Assembly: GCA_035084275.1 (NCBI GenBank)
Contig: CM068749.1
Coordinates: 16,740,001 to 16,804,000, forward strand
Source: Hydrolagus colliei
Lineage: Eukaryota
Reading direction: 5' to 3'
DNA length: 64,000 bases
Positions 11,488 through 25,500 of this stretch are shown in pieces; positions within the stretch are counted from its first letter, which is position 1, and every line of letters begins with the position of its first letter. The position numbers were made by a program, and so were the translations under genes. The notes under the pieces are model-generated. The model ran no database searches and had not been told where the DNA came from. It saw only the letters and a list, made by a program, of their open reading frames with translations.

Positions 11488-14400
11488 CAAAAGAAAAAAC
11501 AAACAAAATACATTCTATGAAGAGTTTGAGATAGCAATGTGAGAAGAGGCTGCATCAGATTCAATGTTCATTATTATTACTTAACAGCTTAATACAACAA
11601 CAAAATAAAATGACCTTTATAGAGCGCCTTTCATGTTGGAAGGATGTCCCAAGGTGCTAATAGCAGGTTAACCTAAGTTACCTGGCCAATATTTTCAAAT
11701 AGAATCTAGTGTCATTTTTAAGAGCATAAGAAATGCTAGACGATAATAGACCAAGTTCTATCTAGTTTGAATTCCAGTTTCCTGGTGGTTGCATGTCAAC
11801 TAAAGAATAGCTCTATTTCAAAATTCTGTTGGATGGAGCTGAAGCAAAGGTTTAGTGAGAAACAAAAACAAACTAGACAATAAGAGAACAGAGGAAACAG
11901 AAATCTGTCAAGAATATTTGGGGGATTTCTTATCTTTCCAATATCCCCCAAAATTGATCTTCAAAGAAAAAAGGCAGAAACTCTATAAAGAGGTAAAAAA
12001 AAAGTTTTTTAGTGATTTACATCACCTTGAGATGTGAAAGACACTATGTTGTTATTATAATTTTTGGGTGAAATAAAATATTCCAGTCCCAACAACAAAT
12101 TAAGTATTTTTTCCAGTACTGTATCTCAAAGGACGGAGTATTTGTTTAAAATATTTATTTCAATAAAGTTCAACAACAAATTTTACATTCCATGTTAACA
12201 ATATATTTAAAACACCAAAATGCTGCAGATGCCGGTGGCAAAAGAAAAAACCTGGTAAACGTTATTAACATTCACCTGAAATCTATTTTCTAGACCGACT
12301 GAGTGTCATTTTCAAACAATGTCCATTTAAAGTTTGGTTGTGCCAATAAATTTGAGCTGTACGTTTTCCATAGGCAATGGACTGAGAAAGTATGAACTGA
12401 GAAAGAACAGTTCAATGTAACCATTTGCAATGTCAGATTAAATAAGCAAGGAAGATGTCAGTTAAATATATCATGTTGTCAACATCTGACCTTTTTTTCA
12501 TTATATTACTCAGAAATTCATCACATATAGTTGTTATTGATGTATCTGTGAGACATGCTTCTTGCAAATTGCTTGAAATGATACAACAACAACAAAATTA
12601 CACTCGTGTAGCCTCTAAAGGATAAAATGCTGATGCTTGGAAAACCTTGGGCTGAAAATTCCATAAGAAAATCAATGACATTAACGATGGAATTTGGAGT
12701 GTAAAATAAAGTAACCAACCTATTTTGTGACATTAAAAAATTCAACATTGTCAATCAAACACATTGTTAGTGTGTTTTGTAATTTCCATCGTTTTAGACT
12801 ACTTTAAGAATATTGCTGATACTCCATCCACGCGCTACTTTTGCTGACAGATAAAAGATGACTTTGGAACATAGGAAAAGTCAGATGGCACCAATCCTTC
12901 ACCTGTGAGTCAAAATGTTCTTGGTTATTGTCCACCCACAGATAGAGGACTTAAGAGTTCAGGGTTAGCTTGCATTTTGCAAACGTGGAATGGGCCAAAG
13001 TGGGAGGCAGTCAAATATGTTTCCTGATAGGTAGTAAACACAGGGGAATCGAACTGGAATTGTGTCAAGGAGAGAAAGAAGAACACTTAATACAGTGACA
13101 AGCATGACTGCAGATACTTTGTACAAGACATTGTGTGTATGCACCATGAGAGCTGTGTTGATATTATTGGATAAAGTTGTGACATGGCGAGCACCAAGTC
13201 AACTCACACTTCTAGATCTCTTTCAACTTCCTTCCCCTTTGACAAGTTTGATCTCATCCATGGAGTACACATGCATTCTATTTAAATTTCCGATAACCAG
13301 AACCTGGAATTTATCACCACTGTATTTGCTAGTGAGCAGATTAGCTACATAATAGGTACAGATTACCTTACATAATACTTTGGTTCCAGTATCCCTTTAA
13401 TTTGGTGTCATTTGCGAATTTAATTACATTGAACCTGAGAATCATCAATATATTCAGAATGGTCTCCATTTAATACCTTGGGTTGTAAAGGAGTCTTTCT
13501 TGTATTCCATTACATCATATGGCGTCCTACAGACAATTGGTTTTGTCATCTCTTTGAAAAATTCCATAGGAAGTAGTCAACCAAATACTTTCCCTCTCTG
13601 AAACCATGCAAGTTATTCTTTATTAGTGTACTCATTAGTAAAGACAGGCTAAGAGTCTGTCATTGTCAGTTATGGCTCTGTCAGCTTTCTTGAAGCAGGG
13701 AACCACATTCCAGTCTTGCCTTCAGTTTGTCTGAACATTGTTTGTTATGGTGATATATTTATCCAGCCAGCCGTCCCAGTGTATTGGTAGGACTTGGAGA
13801 AGCTGACTGGTGACTGAGGGCATGGATTCTTCCCACTAAACTCTTGTTGATTGTACCTAATGGGCCTACTCTAATTAACCATCTGCAGCTGCTGGGCACA
13901 CTTCTGAGTGTATATTTGTTTCATTCCAAAGTTTCTAATTTCTCCAATCTCCCATTTGTTTTTAAACACATTTAAATTTGATTTATTTGAATCTCTTTAA
14001 CTTGAATTGTTTACTCCTCCCATTTGTGAATGTGCTGCTTCTTCTATGTGTTGAACTAAGAAAAACCTGTTCAGATACTTTTCATACCAGGTCTGTACAA
14101 TAGCTCAGCCAAATTATGACAACCGTTTCTTGAATTGATATTGAACTAAATACAGTATATCTACATTGGAACTGCAAATCATACACCAGGCTAATCGTCC
14201 AGTGCAATAATGTGCTGAACTGTGAAGAGATAAGCTCAGTTGTTTAAATAACTAGAATGTCTAAGGTGGTTGGTGCACGTTAAAAATCACATGTTACGAT
14301 TTTGAAATGAGAAGGAATTATCACTTGGTGCCTTGACCAAGAATCATCCATAAAACTTGATCATTTATTTCACGCTGTGAAACCTTGCTGTGTACAAATT

Positions 14401-14639
14401 GGCTTCTATGTTGGTCAACAAATTAAAAATTATTCGACTTGACAACCGAACTATGCAGCCCAAAGACAAGTTGGTATACATCACCAATTTGGAAAATGTG
14501 TTCAGATTATAGGTAATTCCAATTCATCCTCAATTTCCCCCCAAATTTGGCATTTTTTGGCAAATATTTCTGCACTTTACTATTGGCACAGGAACGTCCC
14601 TGACAGGTTCATCAGTGTTGTTGCCAATTACTGTACTCA

Positions 14640-15900
14640 ATAATAATATTGAATGATATAGAAAATATCACTCACTGATATAGAAAAGTGAGATGTGATG
14701 CATTTTTGGAGAAATAATATGGAGAGGCAATATAAACTAAAAGGTAGTTTTAAATGGGGTTCAGGAGCAGGGAAACCTGGGAGTTCACATTCAGAGGTGT
14801 TTGAAGGTGTCAGAACGAGTTGAAAGAGTTGTTCAAACAGTTGTTTAAATGGATCCTTGGCTTGGTAAGTCACTGGCTAGGCCTCAATTGGAGTATTGTG
14901 TCCAATTCTGGGCAACACACTTTAGGAAGGGTATCAAGGCCCTAGAGAATGTAGAGAAGATTTACCAGATGGTACCAGGTATGAGGCACTTTAGTTAACT
15001 GGCGAGACTAGAGAAGCTGGAGTTGTTCTTCTCCTTAGAGCTGAGAAGGTTTCGGGGAAATTTAGCAGGTGTGTTTATAAAGTTATGAGAGGATAGGCTG
15101 GATAGGGTGGCAGGTGGGTCGGTAACTAGGGGGACATAGATTTATTACATAGGAGAGTTGTTATTCTCCTATCACACAGAGTAAACAGATCAAAATCCTG
15201 GTCCTCATCTTCAAAGCCCTCCATGGCCTTGCTCTCCCCTACCTCTGCGATCTGCTGGCCTCAAAGCAACCTCCTCTTTTCCATGCTTTCAATCAACCTG
15301 CTACCCCACACCTGCCCTCCCCAATCACTAGACTCAGCTCAGTTCCGAGCTGTCTAACACCTTGGGACATCCTCCCGATCCGAAAGGCACTACTGTATAT
15401 AAATGTAATTTTGTTGTTGTGGTTGTTATGGTCTGCAATGTACTGCCTGAAAGAGTCGATGAAAGCAGATTCAATAACAACTTACAAAAGGGAATTCGAT
15501 AAGAACTTGAAGAGGAAATATTTGCAACGATATGGGGAAAGAGTGGGGGAGTGGGACGGATTGGGTAGTTCTTCCAAAGAGCCGGCACTTCCAAAGAATG
15601 GAATGGCCAACTTCTGTGCTGTAATATTCTATGATTCCATAACACTTTAGAATGCACCAAGTTAGTAGAACAGGAGGACACGGGTTTCAAGAAACGCAAA
15701 GGACAATCTCAGCATAGACCCAAGCTGTTATCTTTTCTCAGGGGATAATTAATGACTGGAACAGGTTACCAAGAAGTGGTTGTGGACAGGATACTGGACT
15801 CACTCATTGAAACATACAGCTTGAAGCTGTTTTGAGAGGACAGTGGGGGTAGATGTTTAGCAAGACTGATGATCAAATGGGCCGAAAAGCCTTCATCATC
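14640..15900 (+). mobile_element. Degraded CR1 LINE fragments with a nested L2 3' fragment (~15180-15425)
   Basis: RPQLEYCVQFWA..RK.IKALE-like RT C-terminus at 14878-15060; CR1 tail ttctatgattccat at ~15628; L2 tail aaggcactactgtatataaatgtaattttgttgttg at ~15384-15420. Confidence 0.75.
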
Positions 15901-16568
15901 CAATCCAATTTTGTTTAAATGAATTGTTGGACAATGCAATTACCTCCACACTTTTAGGAGAGTGAGAGTATTAATATTTTCAATGATGACAATACTTGAA
16001 ACTCCTAACCTGAAACTAATCAGAATTAAAAAAGGTTATTTTTAAAACAAACTAAACATGTAATCCTTTGAAAAGTTGGATAGGTAGGTTAGATTGAGCA
16101 ATGGTGTCCTCTACCCGAAGTGTTACTACATATACGATTCTTCTTTATGCATGTGTTAGGTTCATTCTTTCAAAAATGCCCCCGAAAATTCAATGTAAAA
16201 TGAAATCAGAATTAAAGCTACAAATAGATTATGCTGATCAATGTTATATATTATTGTAACTACTTTGACTTTGGTAGCTCAGTCAAAATTTCAAGTGATG
16301 CTTCTTGTTCTGTTGCTATCTGCCCGATTTTATTCTTATGTATGTAAATAGTTGACAAACAATCTTTGGTATTTCAACTTGCTGAGAGAAGACTTTATTA
16401 GAAAACATTACTGAACATTACAGAATACCGAATTAAATTGTCAGTTAATCTGATTTATTATGAGACCCGTAGTGCATTAAAAAAAATTAACAATAGCATC
16501 ACAAATGTTACATTTAAGGCACTAGTAACACTAAGCTTATCCTTAGTGCAGAAGAAGGTAGATGAATA

Positions 16569-19500
16569 CTATTCTTCAATACAGTCACTGTGGGAATCCA
16601 CAGAGCGGCGTACATCAAAACTTAGTTCACTCATAAAAGGATCTGTTGAGAGAACAATATATGCTTAGTTAATGATTTGAATCGTGGTCAGATAGTAATA
16701 TTTTGCAGAAGAATATTTCAGTCTATCTGACACAAACATGAATTCTTCAATGAGTTTACATTTAGTGACATTTATAATATTCATCACCAGATTAATTTAT
16801 TTTTTACCACAGTCATTGTATGTTTTCTTTCTTATTTACTTATTTTCTTATTAACAAAAATAATTTAATGGTATAAACTTAGCTTCACAACGAGAGCATC
16901 CTCCAAAAAGAATACAGTACAGTATGTAAAAAGGCATCTGCAAAAAACTTACTGGAAGGTACACAATGGAAAGCAACACTGACTGGGACTCTTTCCGTTG
17001 GTGCGCAGCCAGGGAGACAGCGTTGAACTAATTCAATTGGCGAGCACCTGGATTCCCTGCCTTCAAAACTCAGTGATGAATCTACTTCCACAAATTCCTG
17101 TCGAACCTTGCACTCTGAAGTAAAAGAAGATACAGTGTTTTACAAAGAGCTGTTTTTTTCTTTTCTTTAGTGACACAACATGATTTAACGGTGATTCCAA
17201 ATCCCCTACCATCCTTGCAGGTGGTTCCTGAACATAACCACGACTGGAAGAAGACGTCAACGCTTTGAGTTTGGTTGTGATTTGGCATGATCATCTTTCT
17301 CTCCCCATCGTTATATCCACAAATACCACATGTCCGCTTATTCATCTGGTTCACTACAACCTTAAAACACAGTGTAACATTTTTTTATTAGTGCAATTCA
17401 ACCACAATACCCCAAAAATCTACTTGAAGAAGTTTCTTATCAATCAGGTCAGATACCTGCACTTTGTTTCCATCAAAGTATATTAAGTCCAAATTCAATT
17501 CAGATGCTACCAGAAGAATTCCAGTGCCATTTGTTTGAATCCGGACACCTAAAACAAGAAGGAACAGTGTTTTAATCAAGTTTAAAACCTACAGATAGAT
17601 TGTGTAACATACTGACAAAGTTGCAGTTATGTAGCAGAAACAAACTGTATTTTTGTTTAGCTCACCATGATCCCTAAAAACATACATTATTCACCATGAT
17701 CCTAAAAATGTTAAGTCTAGAACTGAGTTGTGTGACATGGTAAGTTGCAATGATAGGTAAGTTAAGCTTTCACCAGTTTGGAGTGGAACACAATTAAATT
17801 GTGTGGTTCCACATGCCAAACATTTATTGCTACCGTTTTGGGAAATATAACCCTCTGTAAAATTTGTTCGTCACTCACCTTGTTCAACTCTTGGTAGGGA
17901 ACTGATTGGAAGCTCCACATTGTTCATTTTAAGTTTAATATCTTGACCTTCTGGATATGCTTCAATGACCCTGTTTAGAAACAAAACCACAAATTCTATT
18001 CAAGAAACTAAATTTCAGGGAAGGCATCGAGAGAAGATACAACATTGTGTGATCTACTTTCTCCAGCTTTGATGGTGAGTTTTATACACAAAACTAGAGA
18101 GAGAAAAAAAGACAGCCTGTAGTAAAGCACAGGACACTTAATGAATAGAGTACTATCTCTGTTTCGTTTCTGTGGATTTACAGTTGGTGTCTACTTTAAG
18201 ACAATGATCTGCAACTTGCATTAATATATTCAAGCACTGACATGCTACTCAAAGATCTCAGGTAACTGCAACAAAATTTTAAGTTCTGAGTCTAAGGGAT
18301 CAAAGTCCTCAAGGTACTAGACAGTGATAATGCCTTTTAAAAATGTCGGCTTTGATTCATCATTCTCCATGCTCTTTGTCAACATTCATTTATATTCTAT
18401 AAATCTGGGTTTTTGCATTGAACTTGTAAACAGTATAAACTGTTTTACTGAACAGTATAGGACAGTAAAACAATCACTTCTGATGGTACTTACATGTTGG
18501 GATTTGACAGGATAAGTTTTATCCCCTTCCTTGTTTGATCCTTAGCACGTTTCATTAATAAAACAAATCTTGGTACACTTGAACAGTCTTGGGTCAGCAC
18601 ATAGTAGCAATCATTAGGAATTTGATATTTTAATGTCTGATTGTCAAATGTCTGAACTTTGCCTGGTTCCGCCAAACACCTACCTGCAACAAAAACAAAT
18701 AGATTACAGAACATAACGTTTTGTGAATAATAATAATAATCCTTATATTGAAACCTCCCAAAGGGCTTTACAGGATTTTACTGTAACATTAAAGTTTCAA
18801 CTCACATTCAGGATTCCAATGATTTAAATTAAAGCAACAAAACGGAATTCAATAAATCAATTAAGTTTGCTAAGTTGTCAAGCCAAGAGTAGAAATAATA
18901 GTTACGTTGGTTCACTGTCAGAAATATGTCTGGAATTTCAGTAATGCTTTTGAATCCTCTTGCTTTTATTCGTGGAGCAATTGCACTGATGGGAACGGCT
19001 AAAGGAATTTGAGCACCCAGATAGTAGGCCGTCATCTGAAAGAGGAGGAAAAGTTCTGTGTTATTTCAGCATAAAAAACATCAGTTCTCAACGCAAAGAA
19101 ATATAACAATAATAACCATCACTTAAAATGCAAGAGAAGTGGTAAATACAGATTGCAATACCTTGTAAACTTTAATGATGGTATCGATAGTCCGTGGTGT
19201 TGTTAGAGCAAACAAAACTGTAATCTGTCGAGAAGGATTGCTCTGATATCTTTGGGACATTCCTGACAGGTAGGCAATTCCTGGTAATGATCCTCCAACC
19301 CTGAATCCAGAAAACAAGCATCATTAAGCACGTCGCTTTCTGCAACATAGAAGGTGCACACTAAAACAAAATAAATATGTTATTCTAAAGCTTACATTCT
19401 TCCACTTGATTTCAGCCAATCAGGAATCCTGGACCATTGAACTTCAATCTTAAGTGCTGGATTTCTTGCAAGTTGACCAATTGATGCTTTAGCAGACACC

Positions 19501-22500
19501 TTATAGTCCTGGCAGTTTTGACCCCATCTCAATAATACCTACAGAATATTTTTGATAAGGTTATTTTCACTGAATAATGAAAAATATTCTTGATGCAGAT
19601 TCACGTAGCTACAGTAGAATTGTATATTACCATTGCTTTATTTCCATGAGGCATGATACCATCAGCACAGATTTTCCACCTGCTGTCTTCAGCCAGTTCC
19701 ACCACACGCAAGTGAAATCTGGGTTGACGATCTGAAACCTCTGCGAATCCAGTGATTTGATAGCCTTGCTGTTTCCTGTCAATCCTTACTGCCCGAAGAA
19801 GGATGGTGAGGATAGGGGAACCTGCGCTCTTGATGAGCTCGCCCTAGGGTTACAAAGAAATATATTTCATAAAGTGATTAATTGGACAGGAGCTCGTCTA
19901 AGTTCTCAAGCACCCTGGAACTTTACTGTTGAGCAGAAGACAAACCTGGCGAGATGATTGAAGAATTGCTGAGCTGCTGCTTATTGTTCGCTTTGAGGAT
20001 TGTTTACTTCCTAATATGCCTCCCAGTTCCATTCTTCTGCTTGAGCGCTAAATGGTTCAGAAGTAAAGTTACGCATTGTTATGCTGTGAAGCATATATCT
20101 ATATATATATCTATATATCTATATATATCTATATATATATAGCAATTATACAGCATCTATTTTAATAAAATATTAATAGGGATAAAGAATAATCGACATT
20201 TTCCATCTTTCAATTCATACAGATTAACTCTAAATAGTATGATATAATAATAATGAAAATCTGCATTTGATATAGCACTTTTCATGTCTTCTATAAATGC
20301 ATCAAAGCACTTCACAGAATATACTGTGAAGTGAATTGAATGTATATTTGTAGGCGACATAAGGCAGTCAATTGTACATATTAGTGTCCCACAAACTGTC
20401 GTGGATTGAAGTAACCAATTTTATTATTGTGTGTGTTTATTGCTGACCATTGTCAATGCTATCCAGGTGTGAAGTTTACCCAATTACGTACTAGGTTTTA
20501 AATCAGGCCAAGGTGTCAAAGCAGAATGTGGTCTTACCTCACTGCGATATGTTGACCTGAACCGAAGCATTAAAATCTCTGCACTCTTGAGATTTATTTC
20601 AAAAAGAAAAAAAAAATCATTTTCAGTTATCATTGGACATTATTTACATGGAAATCACTGTAACTGTCAATGCATAAATATTTATCGTTTGCAATTGTTT
20701 ACAACCTCTCTACAATACACTGGATACTGCATTTGCTGGCACCAGATTGTCAACTTCATAGAAATTAATCATTTTAACCATGATTGAAGGAGTCGCTACT
20801 CATCAAAACCCTGGGACACTTTCCCTCAATCCCTCCACCTTGCACCCTCCCGCATGAAAACCATCCTTTTTGTTCGGTCACCTTCCCACCGTCTCTCCTC
20901 CTAACTTGCTATCAGACTCAACAGCCGTGAAGTGCTCCGAGACGCTACTCTGACTTTAGGGCGCTATATAAATCCAAGCTGTTGTTGTAGTATGATTACC
21001 TCCATCCTCCTGGATGATCTCCGTCTGTCGCTGGATCCGCGTCTGTCACTGGATCCCCGCCTGTCACTGGATCCTCGCCTGTCACTGGATCCCCGCCTGT
21101 CACTGGATCCTCGCCTGTCACTGGATCCCCGCCTGTCACTGGATCCTCGTCTGTCACTGGATCCCCGCCTGTCACTGGATCCTCGCCTGTCACTGGATCC
21201 CCGCCTGTCACTGGATCCGCGTCTGTCGCTGGATCCGCGTCTGTCGCTGGATCCGCGTCTGTCACTGGATCCGCGTCTGTCACTGGATACGCGCATGTCA
21301 CTGGATCCCCGTCTGTCACTAGATCTGCGTCTGTCACTGGATCCCCGTATGTCACTGGATCCCCGTATGTCACTGGATAAGCGCATGTCACTGGATCCCC
21401 GCATGTCACTGGATCCCCGTATGTCACTGGATCCCCGTATGTCACTGGATAAGCGCATGTCACTGGATAAGCGCATGTCACTGGATACGCGCATGTCACT
21501 GGATCCCCGTCTGTCACTGGATCCCCGTCTGTCACTGGATCCCCGTCTGTCACTGGATCCCCGTCTGTCACTGGATCCCCGTCTGTCACTGGATCCCCGC
21601 CTGTCACTGGATCCCCGCCTGTCACTGGATCCCCGCCTGTCACTGGATCCCCGCCTGTCACTGGATCCCCGCCTGTCACTCATTCTGCGCCTGTCACTGG
21701 ATCTGCGCCTGTCACTGGATCTGCGTCTGTCACTGGATCTGCGTCTGTCACTGGATCTGCGTCTGTCACTGGATCTGCGTCTGTCACTGGATCTGCGTCT
21801 GTCACTGGATCTGCGTCTGTCACTGGATCTGCGTCTGTCACTCATTCTGCGCCTGTCACTGTTTTTACTAGATGATATTAGTCTGCTGCTGCTGCTGATG
21901 CTGCTACTGCTACTCTGCAACCTGTTACTTCTTCTTTCAAGTCCCTGATCATCTGGGGAATCTCCACGTATTCTATCAAGTGAACGTCTGCTCGATCGGC
22001 GATCACTTCTAGTAAAGTGGTATGATCTTCTGGAACTGGATGAGGAACCTATAGAGGTGTTTCTTCTTCCGCTCTGTAAATCAAATAGCATCTTAAGCAA
22101 GTTTTGCCCACAAAATATACAATCAATTAACTTTACAATGTATTCTGTAATGCGCTTCGGGATGTCGCGAAGGCTTGATAAAACCCTATATCAAATATAA
22201 AGAATACTATGATTATTTATCTTTTATTATAAGTAGTTTAGCTATAACTATTCCTCACTGGAGAGATCAGAGGGAAAAGAGGATCTGGAACTCTTTCTGA
22301 CTTCATTCACCAACTCACAAGGGTGTGAGAGGAGTCGCTCCTTCTGTCTGATATGAACCAAAGGAGGCATAAATCCCACTAAAGTTTTGACCCAGTTTTG
22401 GGTGGAAGGTAGAAATGCGATTCAATCTTCCTGAGATCTCTATGCTTTTTTTATTAAGAGACACATTAGTTCCACCTCGCAATGATAATCCAAATATAAC

Positions 22501-25500
22501 ACAGAAAAGAGTGAATATTATTCCTTTGGCGCATGGTTGCCTTAAATTGATATGGTGTTAAAAATGTCACTGAATGTGTCAGAAACACAGAAGATAAACT
22601 TAATACCTCTAAGTGCCTCATAAGAACTTCTTCCTGAATTCTTCCACTTTGTTGGTCCTCTTGGTCTGTCAATCGAATTCTTTTTGAAACTGCTTTTGAT
22701 CCTGTCTGTATTTCAAGCACGATTCTTTCAATTTCTGACTCTGATTGAACTGGAAAAGAAGGTTTATTATGAATCATATATTGCCATCGAACATAATATA
22801 AGAACGTGAGAAATGCGAGATGGAAAAAGACCAAAGGCCATGTCCTCTTATTTACTATTCTAGGCTAGTTGAAACATAATCTTTATGGTCTTGCCCCTTT
22901 AATATCTTAGAATTGAGATGCCTATTTGCTGAAAGTGAAACCTTTGTTGTTTCTGCCTCGTACTGTGAAATAACAGAGAGGATTTGGTCACGGTTGTTCA
23001 GGGACAGACATCACTGATTATCTGGGGAAATACCCAGCAATGGGAGACCCGGGGACAATCACAGGTTCTATTACCTATCTCACAGTTTCATAGCCAAATC
23101 CCAATTTTGCTGCTATGAGAGATCCACTCAATAGAAGTGGTGTTATTAAGGTTGTAATTCAAGAAAAGTCTTTGGTACCTGAGGTGTCCTTGGCCTAAGT
23201 CAAAGATACAGAAGTTTGTCACTCAACCAATTCCTGCATTTCCTACTACTGTATAATCGTAGTGACAATCATTGCTATTATGTAACAATTCTAAGTATGC
23301 ATTTTAGGATTGTTTCTTCATCCTCGGGAACCCATCAGAATAAAACAGTTTCCAATAAGATCTGAACAGATTATTGTTTCCCAAGACTTTTGAGAGGAGT
23401 TATTGTTTAATCATCACTGTGACGTAAGGATTTAAATGTAAAAATTCACAAAGACTGGCTTTGGCCTTTCACTATTAAACAATATATCGTTATAGAGAAC
23501 TATAAATAGCCTTTGGGGCTAAATCCGTCTTATTTAATCTCTTTACCTGGTTTGACGGTTACATTAACAGCATGTTGGCCAATGAGACGGTACAATAGGC
23601 AATTTTTGATGAAGACAGAGCTTTTCATTCTAGCATCCAGACAAACTTTTAGTCCAAATTTGGTTGTCAAAGCACAGGTGTGATATGTAGAGGCACGTGG
23701 AATACGTCGCTGTTCTTCAGAGGATGATGTTTCCTGAGATATTATTTCTGGAGACAACTGCGGCTGCAAAGAAACAACAGTCGATTGTAAGTGTAAAGAC
23801 TGACTTATTTTTATTATCATGCCAGACAGTTTAATATCACTGGTGCTTTCCGTGTCACACAAATTGTGGGGGAAAAAGAGTAGTGACTGTACAGTTGCTC
23901 ATTTACTACTTCAGGTAATAAGTCAAAGTCACTTACAATGGCTTGACGATAGCCTATTGATAAGCTATGTGTTGATCTGAAGTCTTGTGCTGTCAAGCTG
24001 GGTTCATTTGCTGAAGGTAAAATTGGGGTCCTCTTTGCTGAAGACAAATCTTCAATATTTATAGAGGTAACAAAAACCTGAGAACTACAAGTCAAATATT
24101 GCATTAGTCATCAATGAAAAATTCAGATCATTTGGTTATAGATGAAAGTAGGAAAATTGTAGTATTTACTTCAGTGATACGATTTGGCGTTCCTCTGCAT
24201 ATGGTTTGGTCTCAATCTTGAGATTTTGCTCTTTCACATTGAACCTTGCAATTACATTGATTGGTTGCTTTATGTTGACTGTTGCTTGGAGTTCCATCCC
24301 TGCTTGCATGAATGGTGCGTTAATGCCCATGGTTGCTTTGGTGACAATGGCCAAACTGTATGTAAAAAGAAAAAGACACGGAAAAAAAAGATGAATTGCA
24401 TGGGTTTTAATAAGTAAAATGCCTGATATGGGTGAGAAAATTAAAAATTGTAATCCCAATACTGACAATTGTTACCAGCAGAATTGAATTGGTATTATTC
24501 CAAGTTCTTTTTAAAGTTTTTTTAAAAAAATGAACATGTTGTAAAATTAATACCTTGGGTTAATTGTAGTTGATATATGAATGGTGGAACTTAGCAGTTG
24601 AGAGATTCTGGTGATGGGAGAAGAAGCAGAAGAAGCAGAAGAAGAACTCTGTGCTTGAACTGTTTGAGGGAAGAGAGAGTTACAATTACATTGTTTCCTG
24701 CAGCATATCTGATGATAGAGAACTCGAGACACTTGTTCCTCTATGTTTTTTACTGCTGTACCAGTTCCAACATGTTGACATGATACTGTTCTTGGTCTAT
24801 TGGTCAGACCTTGCGTGACGTTTAGCCCCGCTCATGACAAGTTGCACCACTTTTTGGGCAGGTGGAATGGGGCATAGCAGAGAACTGAGGGATGTCTCTC
24901 ATAGAGAAGTTAATGTTGTACAGGTAGACTTGCATAAGTAGTCTCATTATAAATTGTATAATTGTCGTTATATGTACATGTATCCGAGTCCTATTCATTT
25001 TCCTACCAAAACTCATTACAATTTCTTCCCACTAATCAAATTGGAAAAATGGCTATATGGTAACAGCTTCTTGGTTCCAAATAATCCTTATTGATTTGCA
25101 TATCATCTCCTAACTTGTATCGCCACTACTGCATTTAGCAGCTACATTGATGAAGTCCTACGTGCTCAGTGATGCGTTTGAAACAAGCTTTTTACACACA
25201 ATTCGTATTAAGTCGGCAGATTCAAACTTATGTGAGGTTTCCACTAACTCGTGCTGTGTGTAAATTGCATTAAATGTTGGTGGTCCTGACGGTATGCGAG
25301 TTTACCCGGATCATCTCTCTCAGCCAAAAATAAAATAAAACGTTTATGGCCTCCCAGGAAAGGAATTTGGAATTAGAAACAGCATTGCAAGCTCTTACCG
25401 TTTACTTTGGCCACTGCAATAGCAGAAGAAATCAAGGACACTTCCATCGGCAGACCGAGGCCTGTTGGCATAACATGTCGAATCTCGGCGACTAGCAATG

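Noticed and set aside
21017-21860. CRISPR-like array
   Set aside because: Head-to-tail units with no unique spacers, in eukaryotic coding context.
20932-21948. 338-aa plus-strand ORF of (LSLDPR)n and the 227-aa (VTGGDP)n alternative-frame ORF
   Set aside because: These are by-products of an 18-bp repeat with no stops in several frames; only the SSDRRG frame has splice sites in phase with flanking vtg exons.
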